Assembly: GCA_044464585.1 (NCBI GenBank)
Contig: JBIQLF010000003.1
Span: 343 to 64,342, forward strand
Direction of reading: 5' to 3'
Length of the DNA: 64,000 bases
Origin: Thermomicrobia bacterium
GTDB taxonomy: Bacteria > Chloroflexota > Chloroflexia > Thermomicrobiales > UBA6265
Part shown: piece after piece, positions 38,639 to 50,065 of the stretch
Layout: each line of letters begins with the position of its first letter
Numbering within the stretch: the stretch's first letter is position 1
The notes under the pieces: model-generated
What the model saw: only the letters and a program-made list of their open reading frames with translations
Told to the model about the DNA's origin: nothing
The model's database searches: none
Position numbers and translations under genes: made by a program

Positions 38639-38708
38639 AGAGCGGAAGGGAGAATAGCACAGAACAGCGTTATCGTTCGTGCCGTTTTCCCGAATTCGAT
38701 CCAAGCGG

Positions 38709-38781
38709 CGCCCGAGGAGGGACTCGAACCCCCGACGCCCGCCTTAGGACGGCGGCGCTCTATCCACTGAGCTACACGGGC
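38709..38781 (-). tRNA. tRNA-Arg (anticodon CCU)
   Basis: GCCCGTG/CTCGGGC acceptor (one U-U mismatch), anticodon arm CCGCC-GTCCTAA-GGCGG, T loop TTCGAGT. An extended -10, TGcTAGGAT, lies on the minus strand at 38804..38796. Confidence 0.85.
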
Positions 38782-39014
38782 CCGTTCTCGCGACCATCCT
38801 AGCATATGGTATCTCGCTGGCGCTTCTTCCCCCGGGGATTCGGCGCGTCTTGCCACGACCCTCCGTCCTGGCCGGCGACCGTGGTCGATACGCATCCGGA
38901 TTCCGCATATTCGAGTCGACAACCTGCTATAGTGCCCTCGCGGCGCGGCTTACGAAACGTAACGCGCTCAACATAGAGAATCGAGGTGTCTATCGCCTCA
39001 TCGATGGAGAGATC

Positions 39015-40340
39015 ATGACGATCCAGTCGTACGCCGGACCGTCGGTTTTCGGATACGAAACCGACAATCTTCGGCGCGTTGCATCTGTTTCCGTGCACAC
39101 ATCCCCGCTCGCGACGCTTGGTGGCAAGGACGCGGGCGGTATGAACGTCTATGTACGCGAGCTCTCTTGCCACATGTCTGAACTCGGGCTTCCGGTCGAT
39201 GTGTTCACACGCAGGACCGACCCCCATACCCCCGAGATCATGGAAATCTGCGAAGGCGTAAATCTCATCTCCATCGACGCCGGCCCTCCCGAGCCAGTCG
39301 ACAAAAACCAGCTTTTCGATCTCCTCCCCGAGTTTGCCGAACAAATGGCGCTCTATTCGTTACGTGAAGCCGTTCGTTATGACGTCGTTCACGCGCATTA
39401 CTGGCTGTCTGGCTGGACGGCCATGTTGTTGAAACGGTATTGGAATACCCCATTCACGTTGATGTTCCATACGACCGCGCATATGAAGAACATCGTCTCG
39501 CCTGAAACGGAGCAGGAAACCTCATTGCGTTCCACGATCGAAGACAAGTTGGTACGCATGGCGGACAGCATCATCGCCGCGAATCCGGATGAGGCGGCCG
39601 ATCTGATCTGGCGACAGCGCTGTTCGAGCGAGAAGATTTGCACGATTCCGCCCGGTGTCGACACCCAGCTCTTTCGGCCACTCGATCGCCTCGAATGTCG
39701 CAACGAGCTCGGAATCGATCCCGCCGAGCAGATGGTGCTCTTCGTGGGGCGCATCGATCCGATCAAGGGGCTGGATACATTGCTCGGCGCGACCCGGTTT
39801 CTGCAGGATGCCGGTTCGCGGGCGCGGATCCATATCGTCGGAGGCGATCTCGATTCGTCCGGCCAGCCGCGAGGGCCGTTGGCCGCATTGGTCGAGCGAG
39901 CTCGAGCGCAGGGTGTCGCGAACCGCCTGGTGCTCTGGGGAGCACAACCGCAAAACCGGCTGCCCGTCTTCTATTCCGCGGCAGATGTGGTTTCGGTGCC
40001 GTCCCGTTACGAGTCTTTTGGTCTGGTCGCCGTCGAGGCCATGGCGTGTGCCATTCCTGTGGTTGCGTCACGCGCTGGCGGCTTGACGTTCACCATCGAG
40101 GACGGCCGCAATGGCTACCTTGCGCCGATCGGCAACGGGCCGATGCATGGACGGCGAATCCTGGAGCTGCTCGACGATGAACAGCAGCGGCTGCGGTTCG
40201 GCCAGTCAGCGCGACAAAGCGCGCTCCGCTTCTCCTGGACCACAGTCGCCTCGTCGATTCTGCACGTCTATGAACGGCTTGCCGAAGGATACCGGGCCGA
40301 TCTCTGTTGCGACGACGCCATCTTCGCGCACGCGATTTGA
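39015..40340 (+). CDS. GT4-family glycosyltransferase, MshA-like (D-inositol-3-phosphate glycosyltransferase-like)
   Basis: Start at ATG 39015 (GGAGAG SD). RRVASVSVHTSPLATLGGKDAGGMNVYVRELS and VVHAHYWLSGW closely resemble the MshA N-terminus. The C-terminal E-x7-E region reads SRYESFGLVAVEAMACAIPVVAS. Confidence 0.75.
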   Translation: MTIQSYAGPSVFGYETDNLRRVASVSVHTSPLATLGGKDAGGMNVYVRELSCHMSELGLPVDVFTRRTDPHTPEIMEICEGVNLISIDAGPPEPVDKNQLFDLLPEFAEQMALYSLREAVRYDVVHAHYWLSGWTAMLLKRYWNTPFTLMFHTTAHMKNIVSPETEQETSLRSTIEDKLVRMADSIIAANPDEAADLIWRQRCSSEKICTIPPGVDTQLFRPLDRLECRNELGIDPAEQMVLFVGRIDPIKGLDTLLGATRFLQDAGSRARIHIVGGDLDSSGQPRGPLAALVERARAQGVANRLVLWGAQPQNRLPVFYSAADVVSVPSRYESFGLVAVEAMACAIPVVASRAGGLTFTIEDGRNGYLAPIGNGPMHGRRILELLDDEQQRLRFGQSARQSALRFSWTTVASSILHVYERLAEGYRADLCCDDAIFAHAI

Positions 40341-40405
40341 GCCTGGGGAAACCGGCCAATCCTCGTTTCGATCGGCGCCGCCCCGGTCACGAGCGGAATC
40401 GAGCG

Positions 40406-40759
40406 TCAAGCGCCTGACTGAGTCTTGCGCTCGCGTTCCTTTTGTTCCTTGTAATACTTCTTGGTCTTCGGAACGGGGCGCGCTTCCTCGGCGTCGCGGC
40501 GTTGCTGGGCTTGGGCAGCCCCGGCTTCCATTTCCTCTTCCAGGCGAACGAGATCGTTGTAGACCCGCACATTGTTGTTGGAATCGGGCGTCCGCATGAG
40601 CATACGAACGAGTTGAAGCTGGGAGTTGACCGAAGCGTTTTTGGCAGCCGGCAATGCGGCGCGTTTGATGAAGAGGTCGACCGTGGCCAGGGTGGCGTCT
40701 TGAGCGTCGTTCTCGACGAGCCGCTCCCGAATCTGTTGAAGCCCGTCCAAAACGTTCAC
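40406..40759 (-). CDS. Hypothetical protein with Lys/Glu-rich C-terminal tail
   Basis: Start moved to GTG 40759 (AAGGA SD 6 nt upstream). Helical sequence with the tail PVPKTKKYYKEQKERERKTQSGA. No motif recognised. Confidence 0.45.
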   Translation of the reverse strand: MNVLDGLQQIRERLVENDAQDATLATVDLFIKRAALPAAKNASVNSQLQLVRMLMRTPDSNNNVRVYNDLVRLEEEMEAGAAQAQQRRDAEEARPVPKTKKYYKEQKERERKTQSGA

Positions 40760-40879
40760 TTTTCGTCCTTTGTCGAATGGAGAACGATGGATTCCGCCCG
40801 AGCGGAAACGGGCCGATTGTACCATCGGTATTCGAAATCGCCGCCCGGAAGAGCCGCGCGTTCCGTGCTATGCTAAACG

Positions 40880-41020
40880 GAGTTGCCAGGGGTGCGGGCG
40901 CCGCTGAGAGCGCGGCCAATTCGGGTCGCCAACCCTCCGAACCTGATCCGGGTCATTCCGGCGAAGGGACGGCAACCGTCGATACCGTCGATGGCAACCG
41001 CCATCGGCGTTTTTGTTTTT
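40880..41020 (+). promoter_or_regulatory. TPP (THI-box) riboswitch with intrinsic-terminator expression platform
   Basis: P1 pairs GTTGCC with GGCAAC. The core is AGGGGTGC...GCTGAGAG...ACCCTCCGAACCTGATCCGGGTCATTCCGGCGAAGGGA. The terminator is GTCGATGG-CAACCG-CCATCGGC (40987..41008) followed by GTTTTTGTTTTT. An extended -10, TGcTATGCT, lies at 40866..40874. Confidence 0.9.
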
Positions 41021-41032
41021 CGGGAGCAGTAC

Positions 41033-41857
41033 GTGACCGCGTTCGATGCCGAGCAGGCAATTCCCAAGGCCCTCACCATTGCTGGTTCCGATTCTGGCGC
41101 TGGCGCGGGGATTCAGGCCGATCTCAAGACCTTTGCCGCGCATGGCGTCTATGGAACCAGCGCCATCACCGCGGTCACGGCGCAGAACACCCGCGAGGTC
41201 ATCGCGGTCGCCGAGGTGCCCGAGGAAATCGTCGCCGCCCAGATCGATTCGGTGCTGGAAGATATCGGCGCGGCCGCGATCAAGACCGGCATGCTTTCCA
41301 GCGCCAAGATCGTTTCCACGGTGACCGAGCGGATCGAAGCCTGGGGCATTCCAACCGTGGTCGACCCGGTGATGATTTCCAAGAGCGGCAATTTCCTGCT
41401 CGACCCGGATGCCGTCGGCGCGATCAAACGCGAGCTCATTCCCGCGTCGTTCATCGTCACACCGAACTATCACGAAGCCGCCGAGCTGACCGGTATCGAG
41501 ATCAGATCGGACGAGGACGCTCGCGAGGCAGCTCGCGCGCTTTCCGATCTGGGCGCCAGAATCGTGGTGATCAAAGGCGGCCACCGTCCTGGGAGTCCGC
41601 TCGACATCGTGTTCGATGGCATCGACTTCACGGAGCTGGAATCCGACCGGATCGAAACCGAGAACACCCACGGTACGGGATGCACCTTTTCCGCGGCCAT
41701 CACTGCGAATCTGGCCCTCGGTGTCGAACCGATCGAATCGATTGCCCGGGCGAAGTCCTACCTGACGGAGGCGCTTCGCTCCAGCTACCGGGTCGGTGGC
41801 GGTCATTCCCCTGTCAACCATCTTTTCGCACTCGAGCCAATCGGCTCGCATCACTAG
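41033..41857 (+). CDS. thiD: Hydroxymethylpyrimidine/phosphomethylpyrimidine kinase
   Basis: Start placed at GTG 41033 (GGGAG SD), downstream of the riboswitch terminator. ALTIAGSDSGAGAGIQADLKTF, KTGML, and HGTGCTFSAAI. Confidence 0.9.
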   Translation: MTAFDAEQAIPKALTIAGSDSGAGAGIQADLKTFAAHGVYGTSAITAVTAQNTREVIAVAEVPEEIVAAQIDSVLEDIGAAAIKTGMLSSAKIVSTVTERIEAWGIPTVVDPVMISKSGNFLLDPDAVGAIKRELIPASFIVTPNYHEAAELTGIEIRSDEDAREAARALSDLGARIVVIKGGHRPGSPLDIVFDGIDFTELESDRIETENTHGTGCTFSAAITANLALGVEPIESIARAKSYLTEALRSSYRVGGGHSPVNHLFALEPIGSHH

Positions 41858-41869
41858 AGGGAGCGTACG

Positions 41870-42682
41870 ATGTCGTTTCCATCCAATGGCACGCTCGACC
41901 GCAACGAACAACTGACGATCGCTGGCAAAAGCTTTGGCAGCCGACTCATGCTTGGCACCGGCAAATACCGGAATTCCGAAGAGATGAATGGCGCATTCGC
42001 CGCCGCCGGTTCGGAGATCATCACGGTCGCCCTGCGCCGAATCGACTTCGATGATCCGAAGAGCCGGTCGATCCTCGAGGATGTCGACTGGAAAACGTAC
42101 ACGATTCTGCCCAACACCGCTGGCTGCCAGACGGCGGAGGAAGCGATCCGGGTCGCACGCATGGCGCGCGCGCTGGAACTTTCCGACTGGGTGAAACTGG
42201 AGGTCATTCCCGATCCCAAATACCTCCTCCCCGATCCGATCGGAACGTACGAGGCATGCAAAGTGCTGGTCGCCGAGGGATTCACCGTGCTCCCCTATAT
42301 CGGGGCCGATCCGATCCTGGCCCAGCGGTTGCAGGAACTAGGTACGGCCACGGTCATGCCGCTCGGTTCGCCGATCGGATCCGGACAGGGTCTGGTCAAC
42401 ATCGAGGCGATTCGGATCATCATCGAACAAGCCGAGGTGCCGGTCGTCGTCGATGCCGGTATCGGCGTACCCTCGGATGCCGCTCAGGCAATGGAAGCGG
42501 GCGCCGACGCGGTTCTCGTCAATTCGGCGGTGGCGCTCGCGGCAAATCCGGCGTTGATGGCCTCGGCGATTGCCGAAGGGGTGTCGGCCGGGCGCAAGGC
42601 ATATCTGGCCGGCCGCATTCCCCGGAAAGCGTACGCGTCGGCCAGCAGCCCGCTCGAAGGAGTCGTTGGCGCGCGCTTGTGA
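41870..42682 (+). CDS. thiG: Thiazole synthase
   Basis: [22 protein letters not shown] and [14 protein letters not shown]. Confidence 0.95.
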   Translation: MSFPSNGTLDRNEQLTIAGKSFGSRLMLGTGKYRNSEEMNGAFAAAGSEIITVALRRIDFDDPKSRSILEDVDWKTYTILPNTAGCQTAEEAIRVARMARALELSDWVKLEVIPDPKYLLPDPIGTYEACKVLVAEGFTVLPYIGADPILAQRLQELGTATVMPLGSPIGSGQGLVNIEAIRIIIEQAEVPVVVDAGIGVPSDAAQAMEAGADAVLVNSAVALAANPALMASAIAEGVSAGRKAYLAGRIPRKAYASASSPLEGVVGARL

Positions 42683-43323
42683 AGAATCTCTCGCTCGTAG
42701 ACTGCTTGCGGCTCTATCTCGTCATCGGATCGCATGACGCGCCGCATGGACTGTTGGAAACGGTCGAAGCCGCGCTGCTCGGGGGAGTGACCGCGGTTCA
42801 GCTTCGTGAAAAAGCCGCGACCGATCTGGAGATTCTCCGTACCGCTGAGCGGCTGCGAGAACTCTGCCGGGATCACGATGCAGCGCTCATCCTGAATGAC
42901 CGGATCGACCTGGCGCTCGCCGCCGGGGCGGATGGTGTGCATCTGGGAGTAGACGATTTGCCCGCCCCGGCCGCCCGGCGGCTTGCCGGACCCGAATTCT
43001 GGATCGGTTTTTCCCCGGATACCGACATGGGCGCTCGTTCGGCTCGTATCGAAGGCGCCGACTATTTGGGTGTCGGTCCGGTTTTCGGCACCGGTTCCAA
43101 GTCGGATGCCGGTCCGGCCATTGGTTTGGGTTTGTTGAAACGCCGCGCGACGATTGCGGAATTGCCCACTGTAGGAATCGGCGGTATCGACGCCGAAAAT
43201 GCGGCCGCGGTGATTCGAGCGGGGGCGGTCGGCGTGGCCGTCATGAGCTCGATCGCGAAAGCGGCCGATCCCCGCGCCGCCGCGGCCGCGCTCCGAGAAG
43301 CTATCGATGGCGCATTTCGATAG
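42679..43323 (+). CDS. thiE: Thiamine-phosphate synthase
   Basis: Start at GTG 42679 (GTGA overlap with thiG). [42 protein letters not shown], and VGIGGI. Confidence 0.85.
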   Translation: MKNLSLVDCLRLYLVIGSHDAPHGLLETVEAALLGGVTAVQLREKAATDLEILRTAERLRELCRDHDAALILNDRIDLALAAGADGVHLGVDDLPAPAARRLAGPEFWIGFSPDTDMGARSARIEGADYLGVGPVFGTGSKSDAGPAIGLGLLKRRATIAELPTVGIGGIDAENAAAVIRAGAVGVAVMSSIAKAADPRAAAAALREAIDGAFR

Positions 43324-44143
43324 GCCGGTATTGATGTGGGTGACCGACCGGATCAGGTCGGACGCCACCTTACCCGAACTCGCCGGGGCCGCCGCTGGCG
43401 CCGGGATCGACCTGATCCAGATTCGCGAACCGGGGCTGGCGCGCTTGCCGCTCGAATTGCTGGTGCGAGCGCTGACCGTTGTTTCCGATTCTGAAACGGG
43501 CATCGTGATCAACAGGGACATCGAGCTCGCGAGAAAAATGAATACCGGCGTGCATCTACCCGAATCCGGTCCGTCCATCGCCGCTGCTCGCCGGCTCCTT
43601 GGCTCGGATGCGTTGGTCGGTCGTTCGGTGCATTCGGTCGAATCGGCCGGAGTTTCCGGTGGCGCCAGCTATCTGATCGCCGGTCATGTCTTCGCAACTG
43701 CGTCCAAACCGGGCAAGCCGCCGATCGGCCTCGATGGGTTGGCACGCATTGTCGAAGCAGCGCCGGCGCCAGTTTTGGCGATAGGCGGGATTACCCCGGA
43801 AAGAATTGCGCCCATCCTCGAAACTGGAGTGGCGGGCGTGGCGGTCATGAGTCCGTTCACATCGATCGCGACGATCCGAGAGCAGGTTCTCACCTACCGA
43901 CTGGCATTGGAGCCCACTATGACACAGGCAGCCCGGCCGACGATCTCGGCCACCATCAATGGAAAACCTACCGAATTACCCGCGGGATCGACGATTTCGG
44001 ATTTTCTCGCTGGGCGCGAACTCCACGAACGCCTCGTCGTCGTCGAGCGCAACGGCCACATCGTCAAACGCCTTGCCTTTCCGGAGACCTTCATCGAAGA
44101 GGGAGATCTGCTCGAGATCGTCCATTTCGTCGGCGGCGGCTGA
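43307..44143 (+). CDS. ThiE/TenI-like domain fused in frame to ThiS sulfur-carrier domain
   Basis: The N-terminal ~205 aa are a second TMP-synthase/TenI-like TIM barrel ([37 protein letters not shown]). The C-terminal 65 aa ([22 protein letters not shown]...[13 protein letters not shown]-stop) are ThiS with its terminal GG. An internal Met (MTQAARP) could also give a separate ThiS. Confidence 0.7.
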   Translation: MAHFDRPVLMWVTDRIRSDATLPELAGAAAGAGIDLIQIREPGLARLPLELLVRALTVVSDSETGIVINRDIELARKMNTGVHLPESGPSIAAARRLLGSDALVGRSVHSVESAGVSGGASYLIAGHVFATASKPGKPPIGLDGLARIVEAAPAPVLAIGGITPERIAPILETGVAGVAVMSPFTSIATIREQVLTYRLALEPTMTQAARPTISATINGKPTELPAGSTISDFLAGRELHERLVVVERNGHIVKRLAFPETFIEEGDLLEIVHFVGGG

Positions 44144-44500
44144 GTCGCCGTCCGGAATCCAATGACAGCGACGCATGTCGACGGTGAACTCGTCGACGAA
44201 CCGGACGCCCTCGGCCAGGAGCCGTTGTTTCATCACCTCCGGATGCCCGAACGCCCAGCCGCCACTGAGAAACCCGTCCCGATTCACGACCCGGTGGAAC
44301 GGCGCGTCGGTTCCCGGCGGTGATCCGGCGATTGCCCATCCGACCTGACGAGCTCCCCTGGGGTCGCCCAGAAACCGGGCGATATCGCCATAGGTGGTTA
44401 CGCGACCCGGCGGAACCTCCCGGACGATGCGAAAAACCTGTTCGTTGAATCGCACCGGATGTTGTTGTTCTTCGTCTTCGCGGTTCATCCATCGATCCAT
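43976..44500 (-). CDS. Alkyltransferase-like (ATL) protein; MGMT DNA-binding domain lacking the acceptor cysteine
   Basis: VPPGRVTTYGDIARFLGDPRGARQVGWAI...PFHRVVNRDGFLSG. The P-C-H-R active site reads P-F-H-R. The last ~56 codons are antisense to thiS (168-nt convergent overlap). Confidence 0.75.
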   Translation of the reverse strand: MDRWMNREDEEQQHPVRFNEQVFRIVREVPPGRVTTYGDIARFLGDPRGARQVGWAIAGSPPGTDAPFHRVVNRDGFLSGGWAFGHPEVMKQRLLAEGVRFVDEFTVDMRRCHWIPDGDSAAADEMDDLEQISLFDEGLRKGKAFDDVAVALDDDEAFVEFAPSEKIRNRRSRG

Positions 44501-44624
44501 TCGAGCCGTCCTCGGTCAGTGAATCCGGCCAAATAGCGCACGACGCTATACTGTCGGGCGCGACGATTGCAGCGCCGCTCATGCATGTTTACGAACGAGA
44601 CCCACACTAAAGGCACGAATTTCG

Positions 44625-47219
<2,595 letters not shown>

Positions 47220-47240
47220 GATATGAACTCGAATCGCGGA

Positions 47241-47269
47241 ATGGCGGCGGAATCGTCTCCCGCCGCCAT
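47241..47269. terminator. Hairpin between convergent secA and downstream gene
   Basis: ATGGCGGCGG-AATCGTCTC-CCGCCGCCAT, a 10-bp perfect stem. Confidence 0.5.
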
Positions 47270-47278
47270 CACGCTTGG

Positions 47279-47923
47279 TCAGGACCGCTTGCCACCGCTA
47301 TTCACGATGGCCAACAGCCCGTTGCAGGTTGCCTTGGCTACCGACTTCGCCTGGTTTCTGCGTTTCTCGTCCATGAACACCACGTAGATGACCGTGCCAG
47401 CCGCCGCTGCCCATCCCAGCGCGGCCAACATTTCGCTCGTGCCGTCCTTGCCCTTATGCGCGGCTGAAGAAAGTTGTTCCTTGCCCTTGTGCGTTGCATC
47501 GTCCATCCGTTCGCGCTGCTCATGGGCGGACGCTTCGAGTTTCGCCTTCGCATCCTCGCCGCTTGCCTTGATGCGGTCACCAAGATCGCGCGCATGGGAG
47601 GACTCGACCCGGGCGCGCGCCGCATCTGGCGCTGCCGCGATATGTTCTTTGAGCGCATCGACATCGATTTTCTTTTCGACATCGGATGCGTACTGCTTTG
47701 CCAGCGAATCGAGCGATTTGGCGAATGCCGTCAGATGCTCCAACGTCTCGACCGCGGCGGAACGCGCTTCCTGCACTTTGGGTTCGTCGGCCAGTTTGCG
47801 TGGATCGAGGTCGCGTTCCTTGATCAGGTTTGCCTCGCGCTCCAGGTCGGCCACGATCGTCTCGATCAGCGGTTTTGCCTTCTCGACCGCATTTCGGAGG
47901 CGTGTTTCGAAATCGTTGCTCAT
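47279..47923 (-). CDS. Tail-anchored helical (coiled-coil/apolipoprotein-like) membrane protein, unknown function
   Basis: Start at ATG 47923. The first ~175 aa are charged and helical. A single C-terminal TM helix reads MLAALGWAAAAGTVIYVVFM. Confidence 0.5.
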   Translation of the reverse strand: MSNDFETRLRNAVEKAKPLIETIVADLEREANLIKERDLDPRKLADEPKVQEARSAAVETLEHLTAFAKSLDSLAKQYASDVEKKIDVDALKEHIAAAPDAARARVESSHARDLGDRIKASGEDAKAKLEASAHEQRERMDDATHKGKEQLSSAAHKGKDGTSEMLAALGWAAAAGTVIYVVFMDEKRRNQAKSVAKATCNGLLAIVNSGGKRS

Positions 47924-48015
47924 CGTCGAAAACCTTTCGGTTGGGAACCTGAACGCTGGGTTCCACGAATCAGACCGGCCTTGCGACCGATCCATGCTAA
48001 ACCTACTAAATCATT

Positions 48016-48055
48016 CGATCATTGTCATGGGTCAATGGTTTCATGACAATGATCG
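48016..48055. promoter_or_regulatory. 14-bp perfect inverted repeat with 12-nt spacer in the divergent promoter region upstream of mnmG
   Basis: CGATCATTGTCATG (48016..48029), then ggtcaatggttt, then CATGACAATGATCG (48042..48055). Located in an unusually AT-rich patch 43 nt upstream of the mnmG ATG. Confidence 0.4.
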
Positions 48056-48097
48056 GCAACCATTCCAGGCGTTGAGACCCCAGGATTCATAGAAGAG

Positions 48098-50065
48098 ATG
48101 ATGCTCGATATCGACAAGACCAATAGGTACGATGTCGTGGTGATCGGGGCCGGCCATGCCGGTTGCGAAGCCGGGCTCGCCGCGGCCCGCGCCGGTTGCC
48201 AGACGCTGGTCATCACCCCCAATCTGGATCGAATCGGCTATCTGCCCTGCAACCCGTCGATCGGCGGTCCGGGGAAATCGCACATCGTGGCCGAGATCGA
48301 TGCCATGGGCGGCGAAATGGCGCGCGCTGCCGATCGGACCGCGCTTCATGCTCGCACCCTCAATACCAGCAAAGGCCCAGCCGTTCAGGCTGTTCGCTCC
48401 CAACAGGACAAGGGACTCTACGCGCTGGCAATGAAAGAAGCGCTGGAGAACCAGGTAAATCTCTCGATCCTGCAGGACGAAGCGACTGCTCTGGCGATCG
48501 GGTCGAACGATGAGATTACCGGCGTCGTCTGCCGGTCGAGTGGCACGATTCCCGCGACGGCCGTCATCATCACCGCCGGGACATTTCTACGAGCCGCGCT
48601 GATTTCCGGAGAATCGCGAACCCCCGGCGCTCGTGCCGGCGACCGGGCCGATTCCGCGCTCGGCCAGGGGCTGCACCAGCTCGGTTTCCAGCTGCGCCGA
48701 CTGAAGACCGGCACGCCGCCCAGAGTCGACGGATCGACCCTCGATTTCACCGCGTGCGAACGCCAGGATGGCAGCGACGAACCGGTCTGGCTGAGCCGCG
48801 CCGGATCGCTCGGCCAGTTGACGCCATTGGCGCTTCCGCCGCTTCCGCTCCATGTCGATTCAGGAACCGGCTGGCGACCGCAGCTCGCATGTCTCAAGAC
48901 GGCAACGAATCCGGCCACGCATGCGCTCATCCGGGCCAATCTGCATCGCGCTCCCATGTTCAACGGTTCGATCGACGGAATCGGTCCCCGCTATTGCCCG
49001 TCGATCGAGGACAAGGTCGCCCGGTTTTCCGAGAAGGAAAGCCATCCGGTTTTTCTGGAACCGGAAGGCTGGCGTACCAGCGAATACTACGTCCAGGGTA
49101 TGAGCACCAGCCTGCCCCCCGAAATCCAGGAAGCAGCCATTCGCACGATTCCCGGCCTGGCGCGGGCACGGCTGACCCGCTTCGGCTACGCCGTCGAATA
49201 CGATGCGGTCGACCCCAGCGAGATCTCCACCTCGTTGGAATCCCGGCGGATGCAAGGACTTTTCCTGGCCGGCCAGATCAACGGCACGTCGGGATACGAA
49301 GAGGCAGCCGGCCAAGGGATTCTGGCCGGTATGAACGCCGCGGCGTTCGTTCGGGGAGAGCAACAAGTCGTGCTCGGTCGGAGCCAGGCGTATATCGGTG
49401 TCATGGTCGACGATCTTGCATCTCGCCCGTTCGACGAACCATATCGAATGCTCACCTCACGGTGCGAATATCGTTTGCTCCTGCGACCGGATACGGCCAG
49501 GGACCGCCTCTCCGCGATCGCATACGACCATGGTCTCATCGACGCGGAAGCACTGGAGAACGCTCGATCGGAACGATCCGCTATCGATCGAACGATTCGG
49601 GCGTTGCACGAGACCGTCGTGCTGCCGCGAGCCGATCACGATGCCGTGCTGAAAGCGCATGGGCTCGACCCGGTAAGCAAGCCGATTTCGGCTGCTGATA
49701 TTCTCCGGCGGCCCGGCATCCACTACGCCAATGTCGCCAGCGCAATGTCCGCGCTTGGCCACACATTGCCGGGACCAGATCGAATCGACTCAGGCCGGAT
49801 CGAATCGGAAGTCCGTTATGGCGCTTTTCTCGAACGAGAATCGCGGGAGGCCGCCAGACATGCGGCCCTGCACGACCGTTCGCTGCCATCGCCGATCGTC
49901 TATGACGCGATCCCGGGGATGCGCATCGAAGCGTCTTTGAAATTGAATCGTCACCAACCGCGGACCATTGGCGAGGCGAGTCGATTGGCCGGTGTCACCC
50001 CCTCGGACATTGGCGCGTTGCTGATCTATCTGGAGCGAGCAAAGAAGCTGCCGGTGCCCGCATGA
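48098..50065 (+). CDS. mnmG: tRNA uridine 5-carboxymethylaminomethyl modification enzyme
   Basis: YDVVVIGAGHAGCEAGLAAARAG, GPRYCPSIEDK, and GQINGTSGYEEAAGQG. Confidence 0.95.
   Translation: MMLDIDKTNRYDVVVIGAGHAGCEAGLAAARAGCQTLVITPNLDRIGYLPCNPSIGGPGKSHIVAEIDAMGGEMARAADRTALHARTLNTSKGPAVQAVRSQQDKGLYALAMKEALENQVNLSILQDEATALAIGSNDEITGVVCRSSGTIPATAVIITAGTFLRAALISGESRTPGARAGDRADSALGQGLHQLGFQLRRLKTGTPPRVDGSTLDFTACERQDGSDEPVWLSRAGSLGQLTPLALPPLPLHVDSGTGWRPQLACLKTATNPATHALIRANLHRAPMFNGSIDGIGPRYCPSIEDKVARFSEKESHPVFLEPEGWRTSEYYVQGMSTSLPPEIQEAAIRTIPGLARARLTRFGYAVEYDAVDPSEISTSLESRRMQGLFLAGQINGTSGYEEAAGQGILAGMNAAAFVRGEQQVVLGRSQAYIGVMVDDLASRPFDEPYRMLTSRCEYRLLLRPDTARDRLSAIAYDHGLIDAEALENARSERSAIDRTIRALHETVVLPRADHDAVLKAHGLDPVSKPISAADILRRPGIHYANVASAMSALGHTLPGPDRIDSGRIESEVRYGAFLERESREAARHAALHDRSLPSPIVYDAIPGMRIEASLKLNRHQPRTIGEASRLAGVTPSDIGALLIYLERAKKLPVPA

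Noticed and set aside
40777-42054. 425-aa ORF spanning the riboswitch and thiD in another frame. The 324-aa version of thiD starting at 40883 is a related case.
   Set aside because: The 425-aa translation is Arg-rich junk. The 40883 start lies inside the TPP riboswitch aptamer and upstream of its terminator. GTG 41033 with a GGGAG SD is the plausible thiD start.
47951-47963. GAAC-GCTGG-GTTC considered as a third SOS box.
   Set aside because: The spacer is 5 nt rather than 4, and the flanks do not fit the Cheo consensus. It is reported only as a generic inverted repeat.
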